Translations under genes and position numbers: made by a program
The notes under the pieces: model-generated
Database searches by the model: none
What the model saw: the letters and a program-made list of their open reading frames with translations, nothing else
What the model was told of the DNA's origin: nothing
In this document: piece after piece, positions 51,781-64,000 of the stretch
How positions within the stretch are numbered: position 1 is the stretch's first letter
Layout: each line of letters opens with the position of its first letter
Assembly: GCA_964016885.1 (NCBI GenBank)
Contig: OZ024740.1
Span: 149,048,001-149,112,000 of the forward strand
Length of the DNA stretch: 64,000 bases
Direction of reading: 5' to 3'
Origin: Eledone cirrhosa
Lineage: Eukaryota

Positions 51781-52969
51781 AACAATACTCTCTTAGTGCC
51801 GCTTCTAATTAGCTCTAAACAATCAAGATCGTACTATATGCAAATTAGTATTTCCGGCCAATGTTTTATTTTCAACATATGCAAATGAGCATCTTCAGCC
51901 ATATATACTTTAGCTTATTTTCATCTCAGTAACAAGTGAATAAATGTCAGCGATGACGGAAATAGCTGACTAATGTTCTCAACGTTGCTGAAATAGCTGT
52001 GATAGGATCACAGCTGTAAAAAATTCATATTGTATTTTTATTATACATAAGCATATCACATATGCTTTCATATACAACTTTATAAAGAATCTTTTTATTT
52101 GCTCACCCCAAACAAAGCAACAAAACCACCAATATGCAAAGGATACCGAGAAGGAAGGACAAGACAGAGATGATATAATTCAAGGAGAGAGAGAAGATGA
52201 CACTTGATATTGCTTTCGAATGTTTGCAAATTGTTGAGGTCAGAAAAGCAATAAACTGAAAAAGAATTCCATAGGTGAGATCTTTAATTTCTTTTCTTCC
52301 ATTTTGTCATTCTGGCATTTTGTCATTCTTTGTCACCTTTCCAACTTTTCATTTTTCCATTTTTTATTTCCCTTCTCCATTTTTCATTTTTTCAGCTTTT
52401 TCATTTTGTCCTTACTTCCTTTATTCCGCATACCTTATCACTTATATTTGCCTAACACCCACACCGCTCCCCCGCCACCACTACCATCATCATGTATAAT
52501 TCTATAATATTGATATTTCCATAATCTTTGGAAATTCTAGTTATATCTCAATAAGTTAAATTCATGTATCTTATATATTTCACTTATCTACATAACACCA
52601 ATACCAACACACCACCACTCATTCATCAACCTATCATAGCTTCTATAATTATATACCCCTAATCTTCATCGTACATCATTCTTTAATTTGTAAACTACAT
52701 CGCTTTATATTCTTTAATCATTCCCACGACACTAACACCACTGCCGCCACCTCCACTATCCTCACCATCCTCTCCCCCTCCATCGCTGCAGTACCCATAC
52801 ACTCACCAACTACTCACATATTTGTATGCATGAATTGGAACTTGTATGTATATGTGTATGCCTGTGCCTAGGCATGCATCTATTTACACATTTGCGTGTA
52901 ATTTATGTGTATATATGTACGTATGTGTATGTATGTCTATATATATGTACATACGTATATATCTATATC

Positions 52970-53085
<116 letters not shown>

Positions 53086-53127
53086 CGAAACATAAGTCAA
53101 TTGCATGAACTCATAATCCTTTATTTA

Positions 53128-53179
53128 TGCTATATATATTTCGATAGTAGCCATTGAATGGCTATGACCTCATCAGGCA
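53128..53179 (-). ncRNA. type I hammerhead candidate
   Basis: Minus strand: TGC-CTGATGA-ggtcaTAGCCATtcaATGGCTActatc-GAAA-tatata-TA-GCA, between (TA)n tracts; stem I only 3 bp. Confidence 0.55.
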
Positions 53180-53672
53180 GTTAGTCAGTTCTTAGATATG
53201 CCAGCTCTGTGTTTTTGGTGTTGATGGTTTCAGAGCCTATATATATATATATAATGTTATGTAATAAACAACATAAGATAATTATTTCATTTACCAGTGG
53301 TTTCTTGAAAGCAACCAAAATTGCTTTCATTCATCAAAATGAAAAAATCCTGTCCTGGTGTCTTTATTGACAGTGGATTTGAAAAAGAAAAATATAAGAG
53401 ATATGAAAGTGAGGCTAGAGGAAAAAAAAAGAGGGGGGAGGAGAATAGTAAATAAGAATATATAACAACACACACGTATACACACACACGCACACACACA
53501 CACTCACATATACACACATATATACATATATATATACATATATATATACACATATACACGAACATATACACATATAATATACACAGAGACTCATATACAC
53601 ACACACATACATGTATATATATATATCCATACATAAAAACACCAACACATATATATACATGCACACACATAC

Positions 53673-53703
<31 letters not shown>

Positions 53704-53952
53704 CATATATATACATACACACACATACACACACACATACATACACACATATATACACACATGCATACGTACTCACATGTAAAAGGATACTTATACACAC
53801 ACACAAATAAGAATAAATAATCATAATAGGCCGTCACATACAAATAAGCAAATAAAAAATAAGGATTAACAAAATAAAAAATAAAAAATATTATTAAGTT
53901 GAGAGCGATACAAGGGGGCAAAATTTAAAATAAAAATAAAAATAAAAATAAG

Positions 53953-53988
<36 letters not shown>

Positions 53989-54241
53989 GATTTCTTTATT
54001 AACCACAAGGGTTTACATAAAGTAGACATTAAGGACAGTACAGGACAATACAGCGCGGTACAAATGGGCATTTCTGCGTGTAAAAAAACAAGAAACAGAG
54101 GATGTAATAATAGGACAATGAAAAAATTCCCCAGTAGGGGGGAGACTTCCGAGGGACATTCGTGGAGAAAGCCCATTAAAAAGTCACAGTGACCCTGACC
54201 ACCAGGGCAAGTGCCCTCTCTCAGTTTTCCACCTTTAATTT

Positions 54242-57200
54242 ACAGACACATACTCGGGCCATTCTTGCCTCTCCCACCCATCTTTCAACAAAATACTGGG
54301 AAGAGAGCACTTCCCTTTATACCCTGATTTTCCTTTTCAAATGAAATTTTAAAAAGTTAATCAGGGCATCACTGAAGAGGTAAATGCTCGTCTTCAGCCC
54401 TTTCAAACGTGTCCACCATACTATCTCTTTCGCCATGGCCACCAGACAGATAAAAACTGCCTGCCCTTCCCGGCTAAAGGAAGAGGGCGGGGCATTCCTC
54501 ACGATGGACTCAGCTGATAGCTGGATCTGTCCCACACGCGACAGCAGGTGTTCGACATAAACCCACAAGTCAGCAATGCTCGGACACTGGACGAGTGCGT
54601 GCAGGACGGTTTCGTCGCCCTGTGCGCATCTCGGACATGCCCGGCTGACGGCACCTTCATGCCTGTAGAGTTTATCCCGAACTGGCAAAGCTCCTCGGTA
54701 GCACTGCCAGGCCAGGGATTTCTGGAAGTTGTCCATAGGCTCCGGCCCGAAAGTTCTTCTGAAGAGATTGGCTAGTTGATTTTCGTCGTCGCCTAGAGTT
54801 TACCCAAGTACATCGTCGCTCTTCCCCTCCACTAATCATCTATAGAATGCCAAGGTGGAGTTTCCACCGATCACATTGCCAGATTGGTCGAGGGCTGTGA
54901 GCGCCTGAAGAGATTCCAGTCTCCAAGCGCTCCCTCTCGGTCTTCGCTTGACCGAGGACTGCAGCTCCGTCAAGGAGACGAGCTGGGGAAAGACGCGTCT
55001 AGCAAACGGAGACCACACCTGATCACCGTCGAGGAAGAGGTGGAGATGTCGTAGCCTGAGCGCGTGTCTGTGCATCATCAGCCACGACATTCCCAGCCCT
55101 CCACGTAGCGGGTGTTGACAGCAGATGGACCGCCTGACCATCGGAGCGCGTCCCTTCCACAAAAAGCGAAAGAGCAAACGCTCCAGCGCAGTCAGGCGGG
55201 GCTTAGAACAAGGTACGACGGTCAGGGGGTAGTAGATGACCGACGCGATATACGCGTTAGCCACCTCCGCTCGACCTTTCAGCGATAGCTTCCTCTCGGC
55301 CCATTTCTGGGTGAGAGAAGCCACCCTGCTCGTCACCTCGTCCCAGTTTTTGTCCGTCTGGAGATCCCGACCGAACCAGACCCCGAGCAATTTAACTGGT
55401 CCATCCGTCCAGCGCCCGACGACGCTGTTGGACGGCATGGACCTGCCTCTCCAGGTGCCGAGCTGCAGGCCCACTGACTTTTCCTGGTTGATCATTGGTC
55501 CTGTCACCGCTTCGTATTCTTTTAGTGTAGTGCCCATCGCCTCGATGTGTTTGGCGTTCGACACCACTACGGTGACATCGTCCGCATATGCTGACACAGA
55601 TCTTCCGCATCCTAGTTCGCGCGGGACCCCCCTCAACGTCTCCAGTTTGTGCAGTAATGGCTCGAGAGTCAATACGTACAACAGGGAACATCCTTGGCGG
55701 ACAGAGCGCATGATGTTGAACGGTTCCGAAAGGTGACCGTTCACTCTCACCACAGAGCAGATGTTGCTGTGCATGGCAGCGATCCAGCCTCTGAAGACGG
55801 GCCCAAAGCCAGCCGCCCTCAGGACTGCCGCTAGGTAACGATGGTCGACCCTATCGAAAGCTTTCGACTGATCTAAATTGATCAAGGACCCAGCCGTGCC
55901 AGCTTCCCTAGCTACCTTCTCTACGATGTATCGCATGAGGTGGAGGTTGTCGTGGATGGATCTGTCAGGAATGGCGCATGTCTGCGCCTCTCCCACCAGA
56001 CCATCAACGACAAGCGCCAACCTCTTTGCTCGCACCTTGGCCCAAATCTTGAACTCTGTGTTTAGCAGAGTTATGGGCCTAAAATTATCTATGTTAACCC
56101 CCTTGTTCGGATCCTTTCTCAGCAGCGCCGCAGCTCCTCGGCTCACAGAGCTGGGAAAGCTCCAGTTTTGTTGCCAGTTGCAGTAGACGTCCGCCAAGAA
56201 GCCTCCGAACAAGTCTGGCATCTGTACGAAAAGTTCATAGGGCAGACCATCCAAACCCGGCGATTTACCCCTTGTGCAGCTAGTGATTGCATCCCGTACT
56301 TCAGCGTCTGTTATCGGCTTTTCGCAACACTCCGCCTCAGTGGCCGAGAGCCGCGGCAGTCCGTCGAGGTAGACACTAAAGTCCATCCCTCGATTCGGCC
56401 CGCCGCTGCCCCCGAACAACTGAGCGAAGTCTCGCTGAAAAGCTTCACACATTTGCCCGGGATCGAGTAGCATGCGCCCGTCGTGGTCCACCAAAGACCG
56501 GATCGTGGCTTTGTTGCCACGACGCGCCTCCGCCACTCGGGCCCATTGAACGGCTTTCGTTCCCTCGTGTCTGAGATCACACACCCTAGCTCTGACAACT
56601 CAGCCTTCGTGCTTCGCATTGAAGAATTGGTCAAGGGCCAATTTCGCCGCAAGTACGTCGGTCGCGATGCCTTTGCTAAGCGCCTCGTCTAATTTTCTAA
56701 CTAATTCGCCATCTGCTCTATTTTTCTCTATTGCTAAAGCCTTACTAAACCTAATGGACTCTATTCTAATTGCTCTTTTCAGAGCAAACCACCACTTGTT
56801 GTTGACGATGGCCCCCGTCAACGCCCGCTTAACTAGTTCGCTAATCCGGTCTCTGTAGGCCTTGTGCGCTGGTAAGGACGCGTTTAGCTTCCAGTAGCCG
56901 GGTCCTCGTCTATGAAGCCTATCTAAGTCAAGCACACAGATCACTAATTTGTGGTCCGTGTAGCTGACTCTCTTGAATTGTGGACAGCCTATGCTAGACC
57001 TATCTATTTCTCTACAAAATACTCTATCTAGATATGATCTGGATGACCCTATGCGATTTGTGTAAGTCCACATTGGCACATTCGGGAAATCCAATCGGTA
57101 TCTGTCAGACAGTTCAAAACGCCTGAGCAGGTTGGTGAGGGTCTTGCACCCTCCTCCCCTATCCGCTAATCCCACACAGTCCCAGCGTGCATCTAAGATC

Positions 57201-57631
57201 CCGTTCCAGTCGCCCACTAACACTAAAGAGCGGGACGTTCCAAGAAAGGTCTCCAGACGCCGGAAGAAATCAGGCCGCCCTGCTCCTGTCGGGGCATAGA
57301 CAGCCACTAGCCTGAAAGCTTGCCCGTCTCCGCTGGTCACGTGTAGCACCACCAACTTACCTTCTGGGTCCAGGAAGATGGCCCGTATGGCGAAATCCAA
57401 ACCTCTCCGAAAAAGCACAGCAACTCCTCCCCCCGATCCCGGACGGCCGGGAGATGCGTACACATCGTAGCCGCCGAAGATCGCTGCGAAGGCCCGTGCT
57501 TCGGAGATTCTGGTCTCGCTGATGGCCACTACATCTATGTTTAGTGACCTGAGGTCGTTGAGCAGGTGGCCCTGACTCCATGACGACCCCAAGCCACGCG
57601 CATTTATGCTGCCTATTCTGAGTGAGGTCAT
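54242..57631 (-). pseudogene. C2 ORF2 (APE-RT-zinc finger) with in-frame stops
   Basis: Stops at 56600, 54836 and 54317, at different positions from those in C1; AYADD intact. Confidence 0.9.
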
Positions 57632-57662
57632 GTTGAAATGGAGTGGAAAATATGGGAAAGAC

Positions 57663-59502
57663 TTACCTTACTTCTCGTAGAGGAAGGATGGTTTGTCCAT
57701 CCTTTTCACTGCATGTGGCCTCCTCCTGAAGGATGTCCTTATAAATCCTCCGGAGAGTGTTTGTCGGAAGTCTCCGATGTCTTTGGGGAATTTGTGTTTC
57801 AGTGTCGTGTACGTTTTCTGTGTGATGCGAGTGATTTGTATGTGTGGAGGTGATGTGAACTTTTGAGTTGTTGTGTAGTCTTTTTCTGTGATGCTGGTGT
57901 TGTGTTTCATGGTGTTGTTCAAATTTAATGCTGTGTAGTGTGTATCGTTTCGGTTGCTTTGTTTTGTTTGCGTTTGTTGTGGGTTTGTTTCTGTTTCGCA
58001 TTTTGGTGACTTTTGAGTGTTGGTGATGGTGGTGTTGGGGTTAATGATGGTGATGGTGTTGGTGTTTGTGGTGATGGGGTTGGTGATGCTGGTGTGGATG
58101 GTGGCATATCTGTCTTAACTTTCTTGTTCGATAATTTATTTGTTTCCCTCTGTATTTTGTTTTTGGAGGGGGAAGGAAGAGAATTTTTTCTTTTTTGGTT
58201 TCTTTTTTTTTTCTTTTTTCCTGATACCGTTTCCCACTCCTCGTCGTCGCAATCTGTCTCCAGTTGCGATAAGCCGGGGAGTGGAAAATCCTCCACAGGC
58301 GTTGGTTTTGCTACTGTTGCTGGGTTTGTTGCTGTTACAGTTGCTTCTGTTGTTTCTGCTACAGTTGTTGCTGCTATTTCTGCTGCTGGTGTTGTTGATG
58401 GTTGAGTCACTGGAGTGGGTAAGACAGGTGGCCTCAACCTTTTAGCCTGAGGGCAGAAAGCCCTTAGGTGGGTTCCTTCATCACAAACGACATACCTAGG
58501 TCTTCTGCCCTCGACGATTACGGTGAGGTGGCTGCCGTCAGTGAGGTCTATTACTTCTGGGATCTCCTCAATGCTTTTATGGTCCGTTTGGATCAGGAGC
58601 TCCATCCCAGATCCGGACCAGTTCTCCTTCTTTTCTTTTGCTATTTCTATTATTTTGGTGTTGGCCTCGATGCCGGCGAGGACGGCAGCCATTAGCCAAG
58701 GAATTTCGATGGCCGGTGGAAAGTGGGTCACCCTGATCTTCACAAGTCTCTGGCCACAATAGCTTGGGATGAGTGTGAAGTCGTCACTTCTTAATGAGGC
58801 CATGGAGTGTTCTCTGGCCTCCTGTGGTGTTTCAAAGAACACGTCCACGGTTCCATACTTCTGCCCACGTCTGATGTGGGTTTTCTTTGCCCACACATGT
58901 CCCAAAGCTTTTTGGATTTGGGACTCAGATGCCCGTTCCACTCGGCGCGATTTTATGTTTATTGTCCGATAAGACACGGTGCATAGGCGATGTGCTCCAT
59001 TTTATTAGGTGGGGGGTGAGGCTGACCCTGTACCCATCTTTCTTTACCATTCCTTTGGCTTCGTCTAATTCTTCCTGAGTTACCTGGATCGCTTCGCTCG
59101 TTTTTGCTACTCTGGCAAAACTCAGGGTAGTTTTCTTAATTTCATTGTTGCTGTTGTTATTATCGTTATTTTTGCTATTGTTAATTTTAGTTTGAGTTGT
59201 GGTGGTGGTGGCGTCAGTGGTGTTCGGTGTGGAAGAGTTCATTTTGGTTGAATTCATTTCGATATCATGAGTTAATTTATTCTTTTCTTTTGTTTCTGTT
59301 GTCGCTGTGGTGGTGGTGGGGGTGGGGTTGTCGCGGTGGTGGTGGTGGTGGTTGCGGGTTTAACACCTGCAGTCATTGGAGACAAATTTAAAATATTGCT
59401 ACTGCTTACAATTCCAGTGTTGGCAAACGTAGCAATATTTACAATGGTGGTGTCGGTGTGAGGTGGTGGATTGTGAGGAAGGAGTGACTCTGAGTAATTC
59501 AT
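57663..59502 (-). pseudogene. C2 ORF1, frameshifted
   Basis: Homologous to C1 ORF1; knuckle mutated to YVVCDEGTHLRAFC. Confidence 0.8.
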
Positions 59503-59717
59503 TATTTTTCAAAGAAAGATTTTTGTTTGATAATTATAAAAAGTTTAAAGTTTGGGCTCAAGGCCTCAATATTTTTTAGTGTACTTTTCAGAAATCAATG
59601 TATGTGCACTTATATAGAGTTAACAATAACAATTTTCCATGAATGGCAATTTTAAATAAGTGAAAATAACAAACCTTTGCGGAGCTCACGATGATACGAT
59701 TTACTACGGTGGTCGCC

Positions 59718-59757
<40 letters not shown>

Positions 59758-60305
59758 GACCAAACGCACGTGGTAAGCAAATGCACAAAAAAAACTAAAT
59801 ATATATATATAATAATATAATATATAAAAAAATGGCAACTAAATTTATAAAACCATATTTATTTCATTATACATATTTCAAGGACACCAAAGCAAATTAT
59901 GGTGCGCTTTAAAATATAATATAGATCAGTTTTATAAACAAATATTGACATACCCTTAAAGAATGCCACCATGTCGGTTGGAAGCTCCCGGATAGATATA
60001 AAAATATATATATATATACACACCCATACACATATATATGTGTACATACACACACACACATATATATACATATACACACACACACATACGCATACATATA
60101 AATATACAAGCACACCCCATACATATAAACACAGCACAAAAGAGTATATACATACAAATACATATACACGCACACATAAATGCATACAATCACATACACA
60201 TATATAGTATAAACATTTCTTAAAGATAAAAACATAAATATAAAAACTATAAAGTTACATATACACATTCGCATAAGTACGCACACACACGCACATAGAC
60301 ACACA

Positions 60306-60390
<85 letters not shown>

Positions 60391-60487
60391 AAATACATTT
60401 ATATATATATATATACGCACCTACACACACACATATATATATACATATATATATATACACGCACACATATACATATATATATACGTA

Positions 60488-60720
60488 CATGGTGGCTGCC
60501 AACTCGTTTTCGAGTACGGCCACTACTTTATATCCATGTAGGAGAACCCCTACTGATGCGCTGAACGAGTGTGACTTTTTAGTCCAGCCAGCCACTTGAA
60601 AACTCTGGTACAAACATGACACCTGTGACAATTATTGACACATAGTGCTGGGCCCATGGTACCATGTGACGACAAGTGCAGAGAGATCTCCAGATATAAA
60701 GCAATGCCTGTGCCGTACAT
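60488..60720 (-). mobile_element. probable 3' end of an RTE-like LINE
   Basis: [23 protein letters not shown]2H2-like terminus plus short UTR, set among microsatellites. Confidence 0.45.
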
Positions 60721-61177
60721 ATACGTACGTACATACATACATACATACATACATACATACATACATACATACATACATACATACATACATACATACATAC
60801 ATACATACACACATATACACACACATATATATATGTGTATTGTAGGATGAGTATTTAGACTTTATTTTATTCTGAATTAAGGCTCTATTGATTTTTCCAT
60901 GGATTTCACAAAATTCTGTGGATAAGTCAATGTCTTGATTTTTTAAAAGTTGAGTTTGAATTATTTTCCCACATCATACGTTAACTATTTTTCCATTTTG
61001 ACGTTATAGTCACTTATATATTATGAAATACAGTTGGCTTCACGCTCACAATAATTTCTATACTTTCATTTATATATATATATATATATATACATAAAAG
61101 AAATACATACAAATTTATTTTCAATTTTATGCATAAATACATATATATATATATACACACATATATACACGTGTATG

Positions 61178-61215
<38 letters not shown>

Positions 61216-61217
<2 letters not shown>

Positions 61218-61401
61218 GGAACAAGTAAGACCCCGACGGCTGAGCTCAAGCCGTTTCGACGGCTAATTCTGGACTTGAGCTTGAAACGGCTTGAGCTCAG
61301 CTGTCGGGGTCTTACTTGTTCCTATTATCCACTCTACTACCCTAAGTATTGAGTACTTTGGTGCGTTATGGTCCACCTGGTTCCTTACCACATTTCCTTC
61401 G

Positions 61402-61404
<3 letters not shown>
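61216..61404. mobile_element. palindromic (TA)n-associated repeat family P, copy 3 (reverse orientation)
   Basis: Reverse complement of the 13105 copy; (TA)n on both flanks. Confidence 0.85.
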
Positions 61405-61441
<37 letters not shown>

Positions 61442-61448
<7 letters not shown>

Positions 61449-62468
61449 GAAACACACAGATACATGCGGACACACACATATATACATGAATGCATCCGCA
61501 CCCAACTGTGAGTTAAGGGTGCCAACTTCACCGATGTTGCTCAATGAATGACCGGGACAGACCAATTCAGTTTGAACTAGACTGAACCAGTATCAGAGTT
61601 AAAAATACATTATGAAGAGAGAAGAAACATTTAGATATAATTAGTAATAAAATGTATCATACCTAAACTGTTCCTAAATTCCTCGACTACGTAGTTTCGT
61701 GGCATAAACAAAAACAATATATCAAAGATATCAGACCTCGCAAGGACTCTATATCTTTGATATATTGTTTTTGTTTATGCCACGAAACTACATAGTCGAG
61801 GAATTTAGGAACAGTTTAGGTATGATACATTTTATTACTAATTATATCTAAATGTTTCTTCTCTCTTCATAATGTATTTTTAACTCTGATACTGGTTCAG
61901 TCTAGTTCAAACTGAATTGGTCTGTCCCGGTCATTCATTAAGCAACATCGGTGAAGTTGGCACCCTTAACTCACAGTTGGGTGCGGATGCATTCATGTAT
62001 ATATGTGTGTGTCCGCATGTATCTGTGTGTTTCTAAATATATTAATAACTCCCTCTGGTCGAGCAATCTTTGAAGTGTGGGGACAACTGGAAAGCTTCCA
62101 TTACTCATACTTCTCGCCTTCTTCACTACCTCTTCTGCGGCCTCGATATGAATACCCCCTCCGCCTCCGTGGTATTTTCTTCGTGGTTATAGGAGGCTTA
62201 GCTCTGTTTCTCGACCGTTATATCGCGTGACTATCTCCCCCTCCGCCTTTTGGGATTCTTTCTCACGTCGTGTAGACGCGTTCTTGAGACTAGTAAAATG
62301 AGGTATCCTCTTGATAAGTCGGCAGACCTCGCAAGGACTCTATATCTTTGATATATTGTTTTTGTTTATGCCACGAAACTACGTAGTCGAGGAATTTAGG
62401 AACAGTTTAGGTATGATACATTTTATTACTAATTATATCTAAATGTTTCTTCTCTCTTCATAATGTAT
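61442..62468 (+). repeat. inverted plus partial tandem repeat (591-bp period) with a decayed hammerhead
   Basis: 61442-61731 is inverted relative to 61751-62042; CAGACCTCGCAAGG at 61732 and 62323; (TA)n flanks. Confidence 0.9.
62306..62393 (+). ncRNA. type I hammerhead with mutated core
   Basis: TCCTC-TTGATAA (CTGATGA with two changes)-GTcGGCA...TGCCAC-GAAAC-tacgta-GTC-GAGGA; all three stems present. Confidence 0.6.
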
Positions 62469-62484
62469 ATATATATATATATAT

Positions 62485-63527
62485 AAATGGAATAGAATGA
62501 AACGAAATTTCATTTCTCACTCTTAGTACGGCAGTTACTTAAATGTAAGTATGCATGTATGTATACGTATATGTATACAGACGTACAGTAGTATGTATAT
62601 ATATACATACATGCACACATATATATATGCACGTATCGGTTTACGAACATTTATTATAATGCTCGGTTTGTTTGTAAACAAACAAACAGCCCGAATTAAG
62701 CTGTACAGTGTTTAGGCAACCACGTCACCTTTTTGTTCAACACTGACACAGGAACGATGTACTAGTTTCAAGGTTATTAGCTATCGTCAGCATCGCATAC
62801 CTTCCTGCCAGATGGTTGAACGACTGAAAGTATATACTTTCCTTATGCATATTAACGGCTGAGCAGCCTAATTTGCATGTCGAGTGAGTTTAGTCGGCCG
62901 GGCGCACTGAAAACGATAAATGGAATAGAATGAAACGAAATTTCATTTCTCACTCTTAGTACGGCAGTTACTTAAGTGTAAGTATGCATGTATGTATACG
63001 TACATACATATATGTATACAGACGTACAGTAGTATGTATATATGTACATACATGCACATATATATATATATGCACGTATCGGTTTACGAACATTTATTAT
63101 AATGCTCGGTTTGTTTATAAACAAACAAACAGCCCGAATTACGCCGTACAGTGTTGCGCCCGGTCGACTAAACTCACTCGATATGCAAATTAGGTGGCTC
63201 AGCCGTTAATATGCATAAGGAAAATATATACTTTCAGACATTCAACCATCTGACCGGAAGGTATACGATGCTGATGATAGCTAATAAGCTTGAAACTAGT
63301 ACATCGTTCCTGTGTCAGTGTTGAACAAAAACATGACGTGGTTGCCTAAACACTGTACGGCGTAACTCGGGCTGTTTGTTTGTTTACAAACAAACCGAGC
63401 ATTATAATAAATGTTCGGTAAACCGATACGTGCATATATATATATGTGTGCATGTATGTATATATATACATACTACTGTACGTCTGTATACATATATGTA
63501 TGTACGTATACATACATGCATACTTAC

Positions 63528-63531
<4 letters not shown>
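62485..63531. repeat. partial tandem (433-bp period) plus inverted copy of a hammerhead-containing unit; further copy from ~63900
   Basis: AAATGGAATAGAATGAAACG at 62485 and 62918; 63155-63531 is the reverse complement of ~62540-62905; (TA)n flanks. Confidence 0.9.
63265..63307 (+). ncRNA. minimal type I hammerhead ribozyme
   Basis: ACGATG-CTGATGA-tAGCTaataAGCTt-GAAAC-ta-GTA-CATCGT; palindromic stem III ACTAGT; variant on - at 62755-62795 (CTGACGA). Confidence 0.87.
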
Positions 63532-63625
<94 letters not shown>

Positions 63626-63644
63626 ATATATATATATATGTATG

Positions 63645-63695
<51 letters not shown>

Positions 63696-63696
<1 letters not shown>

Positions 63697-63874
63697 ACGA
63701 AGGAAATGTGGTAAGGAACCAGATGGACCGTAACGCACCAAAGTACTCAATACTTAGTGTAGTAGAGTGAGTAATAGGAACGAGTAGGACTCCGACGGCT
63801 GAGCTCAAGCCGGTTTGATGGCTAATTCTGGACTAGTCCAGAATTAGCCGTCGAAACGGCTTGAGCTCGTTCCT
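63696..63874. mobile_element. palindromic (TA)n-associated repeat family P, copy 4
   Basis: Same head; hairpin centred on GGACTAGTCC. Confidence 0.85.
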
Positions 63875-64000
63875 ATATATATATATATATATATATAAGT
63901 TGTAATAGAATGAAAACGGAATTTCATTTCTCACTCTTAGTACGGCACTTACTTAAGTGTAAGTATGTATGTACACGTACATACATATATGTGTACAGAC

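Larger units (their letters stand above)
53988..59717 (-). mobile_element. full-length Tx1/L1-like non-LTR retrotransposon, copy C2
   Basis: Collinear with C1; same GGCGACC 5' end and (ATT)n junctions at both ends. Confidence 0.93.

Overview
AT-rich, microsatellite-dense metazoan genomic DNA; the repeat landscape suggests a cephalopod such as Octopus (inference). (1) 765-18478 (+) holds the last seven coding exons of an OATP/SLCO organic-anion transporter, with GT-AG introns whose phases all match. (2) 22051-41850 is a pile-up of non-LTR retrotransposons in (AAT)n microsatellites: two R4/Dong-like restriction-endonuclease families on + (5 and 2 copies) and a Tx1/L1-like APE family on - (one full-length copy and one 3' stub); a second full-length Tx1-like copy lies at 53988-59717 with the same (AAT)n junctions. 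(3) The most striking signal is non-coding: several sequence-unrelated short units, mostly inserted in or next to (TA)n tracts, each carry a type I hammerhead ribozyme motif and form tandem and/or inverted arrays. The clearest is ~9.3 identical copies of a 310-bp unit inside an SLCO intron. This is the architecture of retrozymes / Penelope-like pseudo-LTRs. (4) Also present: many copies of a tRNA-derived SINE whose 3' end resembles the Tx1-like LINE 3' end, fragments of CRE- and RTE-like LINEs, and MITE-like inverted repeats. All calls were made by reading the sequence; no searches or folding programs were run.
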